This document shows positions 1-12,091 of a stretch of 64,000 bases of DNA, piece after piece. Location of the stretch: contig OZ038379.1 in NCBI GenBank assembly GCA_964036045.1, positions 37,696,001 through 37,760,000 on the forward strand. The letters run 5' to 3'. The position numbers and the translations under genes are program-made. Numbering within the stretch: the stretch's first letter is position 1; the number at the start of each line of letters is the position of its first letter. The stretch comes from Eutreptiella sp. 'Long Island Sound 2002' (Eukaryota; Protista; Euglenida). The notes beneath the pieces were generated by a model that searched no databases, had not been told where the DNA came from, and saw only the letters and a list, made by a program, of their open reading frames with translations.

Positions 1-720
1 CACACACCCGTTGCCCCCCACACACCCCATGCCCCTCACACCCCAAATGGTCCTCATGACCCATCGCCCAGCACACACCCAATACCCCTCGCACACCCAA
101 TGCCCTTGACACACTCAATGCGCATCACACATCCAATGCCCCATACTCAGGCAATGCCCCTCACACACCCGTTACCCCTCAGACAACCAATGCCCATTAC
201 ACATCCAATGCCCCTCTCACACCGTTTTGCCCCTCACACACCCAATGGCTCCCACACATCCAAAGCCCCACACACACCCAATGGTCCTCATACATCCTAT
301 GGCCCTCACACACCCAATGCCCCTCACACACCCAATGCCCTTCACACTCCCAATGCCCCTCACACATCTATTGCCCCTCACACATCCAATGCCCCTCCCA
401 CACCCAAGGCCCCTCACACACCCCATGCCTTTCACAAACCCAATGCCCCTCACACATCCAATGACCCTCCCACACCCAATGCCCCTCAGACACCCAATGC
501 CCCTCACACACCCAGTGCCCCTCACACATCCAATGCGCATTACACTCCCAATGCGCCTCACACATACATCGCCCCTGGCGCATCCAATGCCCTTCACCAA
601 CTGTTTCCTTCCTCACACACCCATTGCCCCTGACACATCCAATGCCCTTCCCATACCCAATGACCCTCACACAGCCAATGCCCCTCACAAACCAAATGCC
701 CGTTGTGCTCCCCATGCGTA
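1..720. repeat. 18-bp minisatellite, consensus CACACCCAATGCCCCTCA
   Basis: Dozens of degenerate tandem copies; they generate the repetitive HTPNAP/MPLTHP ORFs. The same family appears reverse-complemented at 62525-62695. Confidence 0.95.
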
Positions 721-849
721 TCACACACCCATATACGGCCATCGCGTGCCCCTGTACCCCCCGTCGAGGGGTATATACCCCTCGCGATGAATCTTGGAGT
801 TGTGTACACCCTCTTAATATTCATCACATGCCCCTATACCCCTAGTCTA

Positions 850-1140
850 CAGGGGCTGCGGTTAATCCTTGAGAGGTCTCCATCCTTCAAGGATTCACCG
901 CATCAGGTTTACACTACCACACAGGTGATGCAATGAATGCTTGAAGGGCTTGGACCCTTCAAGGATTCACGGCATGAGGTATACACTAGTGTACAGGGGA
1001 TGCGGTCAATCTTTGGAGGGTTTAGACCCCTCAAGGATTCACGGCATGAGATATACACTAGTGTACAGGTGATGCGGTGAATCCTTGGAGGGTTACACTA
1101 GTCTACAAGGGGTGCGGTAACTCCTTGGAGGGTGTAGATA
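850..1140. repeat. ~72-bp tandem repeat (GGATTCACGGCATGAG..TACACTAGTGTACAGG..GATGCGG..), 3-4 copies
   Basis: GGATTCAC recurs at ~891, ~961 and ~1036 with matching downstream sequence. Confidence 0.85.
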
Positions 1141-2870
1141 TGGGCCCTCTAGGAACCTATGGGGACCTATGCGGACCTATGGGGCCTGTGGGGACCTATG
1201 GGGGCCTGTGGGGACCTATGGGGACCTTTCGGGTGCTTTGGAGACCCCTAGGAACCTATCGGGACCTATGGGGACCTTTGGGGACCTCTGGGGCCCTATG
1301 GGGAGCTATGGGGACCTGTGGCGAACTTTTGGGGACCTACAGGGACCTATGGGCACCTATGGGGACCCATTGGCACCTATGGGGACTTTTGGGGACCTAT
1401 GGGGACTTATGGGGACCCATGGGGACCTATTGGCAACTATGGGGATCTTTTGGGACCTGTTGGCACCTATGGGGACCTATGGGGACCTATTGGGCCCTTT
1501 TGGAGCCTATGGGGACCTATGGGGACCTTTGGGGGCCTATGGGGACCTATGGGGACCCACTGGCACCTATGCGGACTTTTGGGGACCTATGGGGTCTTAT
1601 GGGGGCCTATGGGGACCTGTTGGCACCTATGGGGACCTATGGGGCCCTTTGGGGGCCTATGGGGGCCTTCTAGGGACCTATGGAAACCTATGGGCACCCA
1701 TGGGGGCCTACGGGGGCCTATGGGGACCTATGGGGACCCATTGGCACCTATGGGGACCTATGGGGACCTATGGGGACCCCTTGGCACCTATGGGGACCTA
1801 TGGGGACCTATGGGGACTCATTGGGGCCTATGGGGACCTAAGGCGCCCTTTGGGGGCCTATGCGGACCTTTGGGAACCTATGGGGGCCTACGGGGGGCTA
1901 CAGGGACCTATGGGGACCTATTGGCACCTATGGGGACGTTTGGGGACCTATGGGGGCCTATGGGGACCTATGGGGGCCTATGGATACCTATGGGGGCCTA
2001 TGGGGACCTATGGGGACCTATGGGGATCTATGGGGGCCTGTGGGGACCTATGGGGATCTATGGGGGCCTGTGGGGACCTATGGGGGCCTATGGGGGCCTA
2101 TGGGGACCTATGGGGGCCTATGGGGGCCTATGGCGACCACGGGGGCCGACCCCAAGGGGGGGCGGGACCCTTCCCCTCTACAGACCGCAAAATTGTTGTG
2201 CAGAATAATGGGTTTTGTGGGCGCTAGAGGTGCCGGAGATTTTGCTTTAGGCATATGGCAGGGGGAAATTTTGGTGTTCGACCCTATGTGTCTGTACTCA
2301 AAATAATCTGAATTTTGTGGAGAATTCAAGAATGGCGGAAAAGCACAAAAAAGGATTTTGACCCCGACCCGGCCTCCAGGTCGGACCTTGGCTGATGGGA
2401 GCGTGAGTTGATGGGCAATTTTTTTTGAAAAAATTTTACCCCACTTGTGCATATCCAAAATGAGCAGTGTGTGATGGGGATCATTTTGAGGAATGTATGT
2501 TGGGGTACCCACCGACCGCCCCCCCCCCCCCCCCCGGGGAGCCCGGCGGCTGACCGCCCGACCCACCGACCCCCAAGGTTTGGGTCAACCAAGGGGGGGG
2601 GAGGGCCCCCCCCCCTTACAACCACCAAAACTTTCGCACACCCCTTGGGGTCACACATTGGCTGGCGGCGGCCCCCGTGATGGGGACACACTGGCACCTA
2701 TGGTGACCTTTGGGCACCTATGAGGACCTTTGGGCACCTATGAGGACCTTTGGGCACCAATGGGGACCTATTGGCACCTATGGGGACCTATGGGGACCCA
2801 TGGGGACCTTTGGGGACCCATTGGCACCCATGAGGACCTATGGGGACGTATGGGGACCTATGGGGCCTTT
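1141..2870. repeat. ~10-bp minisatellite GGGGACCTAT (9-11 bp variants), interrupted by a MITE at 2138-2679
   Basis: Continuous array 1141-2137 that resumes at 2680-2870. Confidence 0.95.
2138..2679. mobile_element. 542-bp MITE with CACGGGGGCCG terminal inverted repeats and a probable 8-bp target duplication (hAT/P-type)
   Basis: Left end CACGGGGGCCG (2138), right end CGGCCCCCGTG (2679). Flanks are ATGGCGAC and ATGGGGAC (7/8 identical), although the target itself is repetitive. Confidence 0.75.
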
Positions 2871-5029
2871 TTCCGGATTCCGGTTATTTAGTTTTTTTCC
2901 AGCTTTTCCATGTTGGCTTGATCTTTCCCAACCCCTTGATTTTTATATTTTTTTTTCTTGGGTTGGGGGGCATCAATTTTTTGCACAACCATTTTGACAC
3001 CCCCCCCCCCGTTCCTGCAAGCATCATACCTACATTAGACATGTCACACATCTTGTTGTATACACTGCAAACACAACATGCCACATCAGACATCAGACAT
3101 TGGACTTTATACACAATTCTTTTGCTCTTCCTCTTGCCACACGTTGTCTGCATGTACACTTGGAAGGTGTCTTCTGCTTAGGTCTAAGTGTTAGCGACAG
3201 CAGTTTGTTTTTGGTACGTCAAATAATTAGAATGTTTACCCTGCCCTGCAAATAGCAAAAATAGATCTCCATTATTCGGTAGTAGATGCATGGTGGTTCA
3301 CCCGTGTGTATTTTTGGCTAGTATGATGGGGCTTTTTTGCTATTACAATTTGTGGGGTTTGGTGACCTGACATTACACTATTATTTCCTGGTATCGTGTT
3401 CTCTTTGTGCAAATCCATCTCGTTAGGGGCACCCATGTGCATCGTAGCCGGTAGTTTTAGCCATCTCAGTATTTCCTTGCCTTGTGATGAGCAATGCAGT
3501 GCAGGCGTTCCACAAAGGCTTGTTCTTTATTTTGCAATGCAACTGGTCACAATTGACCAAGATCAACAAGCGGCTCGTACAAAAGACAAAGGGCAGTGGT
3601 GAGGGGGTGCTGGTTTTTGCGGGTCACCGTGGTGTTGCGCTCCTAGTGCCAGTGGGGGCAGCCTGTTGCACTTCACAGCCTCCCCTCGTTTAGGTCTGTC
3701 AGGCGTCTCTTTATAGTGCATACATTGTACACAACCGCCCCCGGCATCCAATGTGGGTGTGGGTCGGGGGGGGGGGGCATTCGAATTTCCGACAGGGGGT
3801 ATAGTTTGGGCAAACTACCCTCTTTTTTCGATTATGCTAACAAATTTGGTTAAGACACGTTTTGCACAATTTACCAATGTTGATTTCTCCCCATGCTGGG
3901 GAACCCAAGAGAATAGAGGTTATGTAGCCACTGTGCAGACAATTCACAGTCCTTGCCCACGTCCATTTTGTTGATCACTTCACAACATTGTCTTCAGCTC
4001 TTATCATGCCACAACAACATGCTCCCGAGGTGCTCAGCATTCAGCTTGATCACATTGTTTGCAAGGGCCTCATTTGCCAGCACGTTTTGGGCGATCTTCA
4101 ATTTGTAGGTGCTTGTGTTGCCTACATTACATCATCATTGCTCCCTCCGATGCTTCCTCGTCCGATGTCGGTGGCGACATGTTTCGTGGGCAACGACGGG
4201 CCAATGCCATGGATTCTGATTGGCAAGCATGAAGCGAGGACGTTGATGAGGAGAGTGAAGAAGCAGAGACCAGCAAAGAGGACAATACTTTGATACTAGC
4301 TCCGGAGATTCCTCCTATTCCAAGTGTCAAAGCAATTTGACTTCGCGTTGGAGTTCAAGTTCTGCTACGAGTTTGTCTGAATCCCCGTCCTTGAGTCCAT
4401 CCTCCACTTAGGAAGTCCAAGCACTAGGGCGACACAGGAGACTCACCAAGACCCGCGATACCGCCAACGCCACTCGCAATACGGTAATATGAAGAAGCGC
4501 ACAGGGTGGGAAGTCGAAGAGCCTATCAAGACCTAGTGTTGCGGCTAAGCAGTGCAAGAAGTAAAGCATGGGAGGTGCACAATCCCTGGATGCTGCATGT
4601 GGGGCAAAAATGTACCCACTTGCGGTCCGCCTAAAATATTTCCGCTAGTGTGGCAAAAGTGGTGTGGTTGACCTATTGCAAAAAAATCCATCGCTGAAAT
4701 TCTGTGTGGCATCACTCAAGCATCATTGCATGGCGGGAACACCCTGCTCTGGTCACAAGGCCGGGAGGTCTAGGCATTTGCCCGGATTAGCTGTGGAGTG
4801 ACGCCAAGTTGCAAAAACTGTGTCAATGGTGAAAACTACCCCAGTTTTGAAATATGTAGAAAGTACCCAAACTACCCGTTTTTTCAACTGAGCTGAAAAT
4901 TTCCCTAACACCCCTGGTTATGAAATTCGAATGTCCCCCCCCCCCCCCTTGGTGTGGGTGCGGGGTGGTGGTAAGTGCTACCTCACCGGGGGGTGGTGTG
5001 TGTTGGGAGGCAATCGCAGAGTGTGCATG

Positions 5030-5224
5030 CATCATTGCACAGTCTGTGCGTCACGTGCACCGCTTCACCTGCACAGTCCACGTCTTTAACCGCTTCCAAG
5101 AAGACCACGCCCTCATGTGTCACTTGCTGCTGCTGCTGAAGCTCTGTGAGACCTACAGTCAGTCTTTTGTTGTGGTGGCCCTGCAACAAGGCGTCTGGGA
5201 CGTGGCCAATTCTGTTCCTGTGCC
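5030..5224 (+). other. Possible exon of an unidentified (pseudo)gene
   Basis: Protein-like frame IIAQSVRHVHRFTCTVHVFNRFQEDHALMCHLLLLLKLCETYSQSFVVVALQQGVWDVANSVPVPGMQ ending in CAG|GT and followed by a GT microsatellite. No family recognised. Confidence 0.25.
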
Positions 5225-6465
5225 CGGGATGCAGGTGTGTGTGTGCGCACACGCGCGCCCCTGTGCGCCTGCTTCCTACAGAAAGGCGCTTAGCCTCCGA
5301 TGGTCATGGTTTCTCTGACTGTCTGCAGCCTGACGAGATTCATTCAACGCCCAGTGCCCAGTGCGTCTGTGCTAGGGCAGGTTCAGGCAGGGGCAGGTTC
5401 ACCTCAGTCGTGTGTGTGTGTGTGTGTGTGTGTGCACAAGGGTGCACGAGGACAGTCATCTTTTTGTTCATTGCCAGCGTTTCTGGCCCAGGGTGCATTA
5501 ATACTGTGTACTGCACTTCCACATGTGACTCAATTCGGACCACCAGAAAGGGTATGGTGCGGTTTTTGGCGGCTCAGCCTCTGGAGGCCAAGTCTAACCA
5601 AGCGTGCGTCATGCTGTCTCACAGTTGTTCACTGCCAGAGTTACTTGGTGAAGCATCCGTTTGACTCATTGCGACGCCGCTGACAAGAGCCAATTTCTTT
5701 CGTCGCAAGAACATGCCACAGAAGTGGGTGTTGACAACATCTCGGAAAAGACAGTGGTCCATGGTGGTACAGCCCTCTGGGGGCTGGGTCTAACCGGGTG
5801 CATATCACAGGCTGTCATATAGTTGTTCGTTGCCAAAGTTATTGGCCAGGCCTCTGTTTGACTGGTTATGCCACCGCTCACCAGAACCAATTTCTTCCAT
5901 CACAGGAGCATGCCACAGCAGTGGGTGTCGCTGTCCAGTGAAATAGGTTCGTTTACTCCTTTATAGCATGAGTGATGATATGTTTGGGCCTGAGTTGGGG
6001 GTCACCGCTGTGCAGCCTGCAAACGCGCTCCTCACTTCCCCACTTTGGTTACCAGTGTGTTCTGCTAGGCTGTGGCATTTTGCCACACTTTCATCTGAAT
6101 CGTGCTGTGTATTGTTGTGTGGTGTCAGATGGCGGTGCTGTCTTGGGGGCGGTTATGGTGTGGTGCATGGTGTTTAAGCGGCTTGGAAGGCGTTTGCCAT
6201 GGGCATGTACAACATGGGTCTATTGCTGGCGTGGTGTTGCCATGTTGTTCCCATGTTGTCCACAATGTTTCATGCTGTCCTGGTGCACTTAGGGAGATGG
6301 GTTATGTGGTGGTGTGCCTTCCATCACACCTCGGGCCTGGTCCCTTAGCATATTCCACACAAGAGGGCCCACACGTGGGATCGCGGTGATTGGTCGACTA
6401 AGCATGCAAGTTTACGGGAATAAAAATTGGTCATATAGGGGGAACCTGCGGAGCGAGGGAGCCCC

Positions 6466-6665
6466 CACGGGGGGGCCGCCGGGACCGGACCCTGTACGCC
6501 GACTCCCCCCCCCCCCCTCCCTGCCGGGTTTTGGTCCGGAAGTGCCGGACCATGGGCGCCGAAGGCGCCCTAAGGAAATTTTGCTTGACTTAGTAGAGGG
6601 TGAAAAATTGGGTTTTTGCCCCATGTGTCTATACTCAAAATACCCAGTTTTTTTAGGAGAACCCA
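6466..6665 (+). mobile_element. Truncated relative of the 2138-2679 MITE
   Basis: Begins CACGGGGGGGCCGCC and shares the internal ATGTGTCT(A/G)TACTCAAAATA with position ~2285. Confidence 0.55.
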
Positions 6666-6730
6666 ATAGTGGATGAAAACCAAATTGGACCAAATATGCA
6701 TACCACTCCTGTGCAGAGGTATGTCAGAGA

Positions 6731-6801
6731 TGGGCCCTACCCTAGTGGTAAAGCAGTGCCCTGCAATTTGAAAGTCCTGGGTTCAAACCCCAGTGGCGTC
6801 A
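6731..6801 (+). pseudogene. Degenerate tRNA-Cys(GCA)-derived sequence (SINE head or pseudogene)
   Basis: A-box TAGTGGTAA, anticodon loop CTGCAAT, perfect T-arm CTGGG-TTCAAAC-CCCAG. Acceptor and anticodon stems are poorly paired; a T-rich tract follows at ~6843-6870. Confidence 0.65.
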
Positions 6802-6889
6802 ATCTTCAGGACCATAGGCAGGACCAGGGATACCATGGGAAATTTTTTTTTTTGCTTTTTTTTTGTTTTGACTTTATTCTCTTTGCTTG

Positions 6890-7405
6890 GGACCCCTGAG
6901 AATGCACGATTTCTGCCCACTTGTGGGCCTCCCAGAAGGCAGGGTTTAGGCATCCAATTCTGATTTTGTCCCCCTTTGTGATGTAGCATTATCGCCCACT
7001 TGTGGGCCCCACCTATTTTGATTTTGTCCCCCTCTCTTTGGGGATCCCCAAGAATGCAGGGGTGATGTAGCATTTCCGCCCACTTGTGGGCCCCACCTAT
7101 TTTGATTTTGTCCCCCTCTCTTTGGGGATCCCCGAGAATGCAGGGGTGATGTAGCATTTCCGCCCACTTGTGGGCCCCACCTATTTTGATTTTGTCCCCC
7201 TCTCTTTGGGGATCCCCGAGAATGCAGGGGTGATGTAGCATTTCCGCCCACTTGTGGGCCTCCCAAAAGGCAGGGTTTAGGCAACCAATTCTGATTTTGT
7301 CCCCCTTGGTGATGTAGCATTTCCGCCCACTTGTGGGCCCCACCTATTTTGATTTTGTCCCCCTCTCTTTGGGGATCCCCGAGAATGCAGGGGTGATGTA
7401 GCAGT
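6890..7405. repeat. 84-bp tandem repeat (GAATGCAGGGGTGATGTAGCATTTCCGCCCACTTGTGGGCCCC...)
   Basis: GAATGCAGG at 7052, 7136 and 7220 (period 84). A related degenerate array lies at 52345-52830. Confidence 0.95.
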
Positions 7406-7883
7406 ACCACCTACCATGCCCCCCCCCCCCCTTGTTTCAAAAAATGTTCTCCAACATACATGCTTCGAAGTGATTACCGTGTTGAGGCGGTCATCTTATG
7501 CCATGTTTGTCAGGCTATGAAGCCTCCCCCCCCCCCTTCTTGGCAGCCCCCCTCCCCCCCCCCAGACCCAGCCCCCCCCCCCCCCCCCCCCCCCCCCCCA
7601 CCCTGAAAATGGTCCGAGAGTGGGAGGGAGTCGGCGTATGGCCCGTCGCTACGGCCCCCCCGTGGGAGCCCCTTGATGCCTGCCTCCCTACCTCCCTTCC
7701 CCCCCCCTCTCTCATCCTGGGTGTGTGCCCAGTTAATTCGGCAATTTTGCTACAGTCCCCTGCTATACGGTCACAAGTTCCAATTCAAATGAGAACATTC
7801 TGATGCGTATTGTTGTCGCGCAAGTGTGTTGTGTCATAGAGGTGAGTCACTTCTCTACCAACCTCTGCACACCATGCCCCCCT

Positions 7884-8355
7884 CCAACCATGCGATTTTG
7901 ATCGTGCAGAGGACATTTTCCGATTTTCTAGCAGTGCCTTGAAATGCCCAACAAAGAATTATTTACATAGTGGGTGGGACATGTGTGTGGCGGTCCACAG
8001 GGGGTTGGTTAGTAGCTCTCACCACAGGATTTGAGGTATTTGGCCAACCTTGTGTCATCCCAACCACATGCCCCATGCCGTCTGCCAGTGGGCAGACATT
8101 TGTTGCACCCCACTGACCTACTATGTGCTTTGCTCTCCCCATCCCTCAAAACACTGTGGTGTTGGATATCAATGCATGACATTGACTTTTTTTAGAGGTC
8201 GGGTATCATATTGCATCTGGTTGAGATGGGTCCCATGGAGCACCCACAATGCCATTTTGATTTTTTTGCCCTTTCTGATGTTCTCTTTTGAGCATGCCGC
8301 AGTGTCTTTGACTCCATTTGATTTTGGAGGAGACGAGAACATTGCAAGTGGTTGT
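7884..8355 (+). repeat. ~470-bp dispersed repeat, paralog of 34053-34513
   Basis: Colinear alignment by eye from CCAACCATGCGATTTTGATC to ATTGCAAGTGGTTGT. Confidence 0.9.
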
Positions 8356-8378
8356 TTTTGAGTGTCTATTTTTTTTCG
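8355..8378 (+). other. Euglenid spliced-leader (SL) exon relic
   Basis: TTTTTGAGTGTCTATTTTTTTTCG versus the Euglena SL ACTTTCTGAGTGTCTATTTTTTTTCG: the last 20 nt are identical, 23/24 overall. It is followed by GTCTC rather than an SL-RNA intron. Confidence 0.9.
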
Positions 8379-9800
8379 GTCTCTTCTTTGCAACAATGTA
8401 CAACCTCATGTGGGGTTTCTAGTGCTACACACGGACGCCAACTATTGTCCACGTGACTCCCACCAGTCACAGTGGCATCACCGACACCAATTTCTACCGC
8501 GGTCACAAGCTTCACGGCTACACCGTGAGCACAGGTTCCGTCAGAGCACCACCTGGTTACCAAAGGAACTCTACAAGCGTGGCTAACACGCTCTATATCC
8601 CATCCTTAAGTGTGTTATAGGCACACCGCGTGCCCACATTCGGCATCGCTAGTACATGGCCAAGTCCCCTTGGGTCAACAAGTCAATACCGAGGCACTTA
8701 GAAAGGCATGGTATATGGAGTCCTACTAATTGGCACCATCCTGTGTCACACTATTCAGCTTGCTCTATGCCATCACCGTCCCCTTTGCTACAAGAAACCC
8801 CCACACGCTGCAAGTGCGGTGTGGACCAGCGGAGCTACCAGCGGCGGGCAGGGAAGAGCGAGATGTGGAACCAAGAACGGACCAGTGGACTGTGGATGCC
8901 TTCCGTATTGGTGACAGCCGCTTCTAGCACGTACCATACATTGTACCAGGACCACAATGCCACGGACCAACGAAGAGCGCCTTTGTACATCCACAAGACC
9001 TTACCCGAACTGGCGATAGCCAACAAAATTGAGCGACGCCAATGCGAAGGGGTCTATAGGCGACAAGAATGTGGCTTGGGACCAGACAACCATGATTTCG
9101 GATATTCAGACACCACCCTGTTTGGGGCAGTTCAAGTCGAAGATGATTGCGCCAGGATCTCTGCACATGGCGTGCCTGATCATTGACACCCACGATCCAC
9201 CAGCACCACAAGATCATGTTGGGATGCGCGGCAAATACTATAGGCTTGCAAGCCACGAAACCCATGGGCTCGACCACGCAGCGGACCCCCCACTGCCCCC
9301 TTACCCACCTATGTCTACTGGCACCACCCATGGTAACAAAAAAAGAAGCTGGAGACAGGCTTGTCCATCTCCGGACCCACGAGACCCTCAGATTGCCCAG
9401 GGGCCATTCCTGGGCAATGTTCCAATCCTGCTTCATCGGGTTTTTGGGGCGTGAGGCCCACTGGATCAGCGTACCTCCTGGTCCTCGATGACCAGGGCTG
9501 ACATCAGACTAATTTTTGCATACACATGCGGAATGATGCTTGGTCGGTGGACTTTTCTCAAAATCAGTGATGGCAGGACTCACGGCCTGCAGCCCAATAG
9601 CCAGAGCTAGCTTGGCCGGTCGTGCCAAGCTTTGAAGAGCAGTACCACCCCTTCCTAGCAGCACCTATCTTGGGTCCCCTCTGTGCCCGAATGCGGGGAT
9701 GGGGATGTGGAATCCAATCTTGGACGAGAGCCAACACGAGCTAGGCATGGTGCTTCCCAGCCCTAGGCCTCCCCATCGCCTTATGGTTTGGTTATGCGCC
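8379..9800 (+). mobile_element. Degenerate 3' part of a non-LTR retrotransposon, capped by the SL relic
   Basis: Frame-broken remnants resembling the RT thumb (VQPHVGFLV, like V.P.VKYLG; WLPKELYKRG) and a late Cys-containing region. Confidence 0.4.
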
Positions 9801-9946
9801 TTTCAGTTATAGGTCTGCAATCAATTAATACAAAACGCAAAGGCATGTGGGAGCATTTCTAGAAGATTAGCAAGGAAGCGGAAACTGCCGGCCTTGGAGC
9901 AAAGAAAGGGGGCCGTTTTGAAGAATATGAGGATGCCGTTGCAGAA

Positions 9947-11523
9947 ATGACAGAGGTTTTGGTTGACTTGAACACATTGATTAAACGTTTTTACCTCCCC
10001 CTTCTTGACAAGGTTGAGGGCCAAGTCGATGAAATCAATTGGCAATTCAAACGGGTACATGACATGTTGGACAATGCGTCGAAAGTTAAAGCAAACAAAC
10101 TGGTCCATCAAAGGCATCAAATTTTTGAACGGCTAGATCTGCGCCTAGTCCAATCACTGCACCTCGCCACCCATGGAGAGTCAGCGGGGGATGACGCGGT
10201 TGTTAATAGGCACCAACGGCAGCTAGAAGGACACCGAAATGTACTCTTGCAGCAACAAACCAACTTTTTTTACCAAGTCCATTCGCACGGAGATTCAAGT
10301 AACAATGACAGCAAGCCCTCCACCCGGTAGTTGCTAAGTGGCCTCTCACAATGCAACTCCGAGGCAGTTGTCAAAGCCCGTGCGTCTCAATGGGAGAACA
10401 CAACAGTTGTTGATGTTGTGCCTGGGCTCTAGGATAGTGAGCAGCAACAGTTGACGCTACGTTGCAAGTAGGAGAAGTTCCACACCACCCTACAAACCTC
10501 CGCTGTCATGTCGCTTGAGGGACAGTCCGTGTGCTAGAAGACCCTGGCAAGCACATCCCCGGCGGATGTGGCATAGCTCTTTCCAATTGAGAATTTAACT
10601 ACATTGTTCGTTGCTTCTGAGTCAGAGCTCCCAAAGCTTTTTGTCGCCCTCGTCCACTGCCATTTTGTACTCCGACTATAGCGTGTCAAGCTAGATGTCA
10701 TGGTACAGGTAGGGGCCAATACACAGTTCAATGAGTGGGCTAATAGGGTGTCTGCGAAACTCCCATGGGTCCCAGACACCTTCGTGCGCTTTAACAGACA
10801 GGTGAATAACACAACAGCTGCGTACTTGCAATTTTTTTGTCATTAGGCCCTCCGCTAGCGGCATGTGTAACACCTCTCAGCCGCCCTTTGTATCATACCG
10901 CTTGTTCACCGAGGGTGCAACGCTCAATCCCAAGGCATTTAAAAGCCAACAAGCACACCCGGCGGCTAAGGCCATTCAAATGGATGAAAAGACCCTTCCG
11001 CATGCGATGAACAAACCGTGGTTGCATGCGGCCCGTTGTTACTTCCACAATGGGAAAAACAAGCGGAAGCCACTGAATGTACTTCCACCCGTCAACACCA
11101 AGATCTGTCATGTCCCCCCTCTAAGGAGACAAACTCAACAAATTCGCGAAAGACCATGCTCAACACCAGCATGTGACAGTCATGCCACTCAACGATTTTC
11201 ATGGGAAAGGCCTCAAGGAGGCTTACCTCATAGCCCAAGTTTTTTGCAAGAAAGAAATGAAAGAAATGTTTGCTAAATTGCTTTGGCTTACCCTCTATCA
11301 AGCTCCATCGAAGAGCGTCCACGATCCAGACCTTTGGAGGCCATCTATAATGCACTTAAATAAAATGAGGCTGGCATTCATGTCGGAGGAAGTGGCCACT
11401 ACCTTCTTTCCATCAATGGCGATGGAATGGAGGTCTCAGGCATTTCTTTCCAAAAATAAAGGGACGAAGGCCCGGATTAAGGATGCACCATCTCGTGGTG
11501 AATCCGACGCCACGTCCAACTAA
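9947..11523 (+). mobile_element. Degenerate LINE remnant (coiled-coil ORF1-like part, endonuclease remnant, start of RT)
   Basis: 9947-10330 coiled-coil-like ORF; ~10700 VQVGANTQFNEW (GDFN-like); 11173-11523 HDPDLWRPSIMHLN (like ..NYRPI.. at the start of RT). Confidence 0.4.
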
Positions 11524-11848
11524 AATCGGACCATGATCGTGAAGAACCCATGATATTGTACGGCGCCACCGGAGATCTGGAGGCAGATGCCATTACCGCC
11601 TCACTGCAGCCGGCAGGATTCCACGAAAGCAAGCGGAGCTGAATGGGGTGGAACCCGGGGCACCTCGAATGGGCCCCATGGCGCTTGCAGGGTAGGGGCC
11701 TGGTAGGTGCGTCTGGCACAATCGTGCATGATGATCATGCCAACATAACCATGATGGTTCGTTCCTTGCATGAGTATCAAGAATGGAAATAAACGTTTGA
11801 TCAAGCTTCTTCTGCTCTAGGTGGCGGCTGGGGCAATGGGAGGGGCTC

Positions 11849-12031
11849 TTATGCAAAAGCGGCTGTTGCGGGCCTTTTGCCATGATGCATCGCATGACCG
11901 GTACTGCCCAAGTGCACATAGGTTAGAAGCAATTGCGTGGCGCAGTTGGTGTCCCCGGCCAAGATCCACCCCCGTTTGCCCCACGTGCTGAACAGTTGTT
12001 TCTCTTTGAGGTCCTTTGTGCCCTTTTCCAC
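11849..12031 (-). mobile_element. Fragment related to the putative LINE ORF1 at 20227-20526
   Basis: KDLKEKQLFSTW matches KDLKGKQLFTTW at ~20430. Confidence 0.45.
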
Positions 12032-12091
12032 CCTTGTGTGTATAGGATTTTCATATCTTATGAGTTTTATTATGTTTTGTTGTAATCCTCA

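Noticed and set aside
100-2227. Long ORFs (up to 352 aa) in the first 2.2 kb, and similar ones at 6.8-7.4, 39.9-40.4, 53-57 and 61-62.5 kb
   Set aside because: They are translations of tandem repeats lacking stop codons, open in several frames and on both strands.
6731-6801. Functional tRNA-Cys gene
   Set aside because: Acceptor and anticodon stems do not pair; kept only as a tRNA-derived relic.
8355-8480. SL RNA gene
   Set aside because: The sequence after the exon (GTCTCTTC..) does not look like an SL-RNA intron and runs into LINE-like coding remnants.
11477-12031. Minus-strand WILAGDTN and LRLLSWNPAG read as an AP endonuclease
   Set aside because: The motifs are in the wrong order (GDxN before SWN); likely chance.
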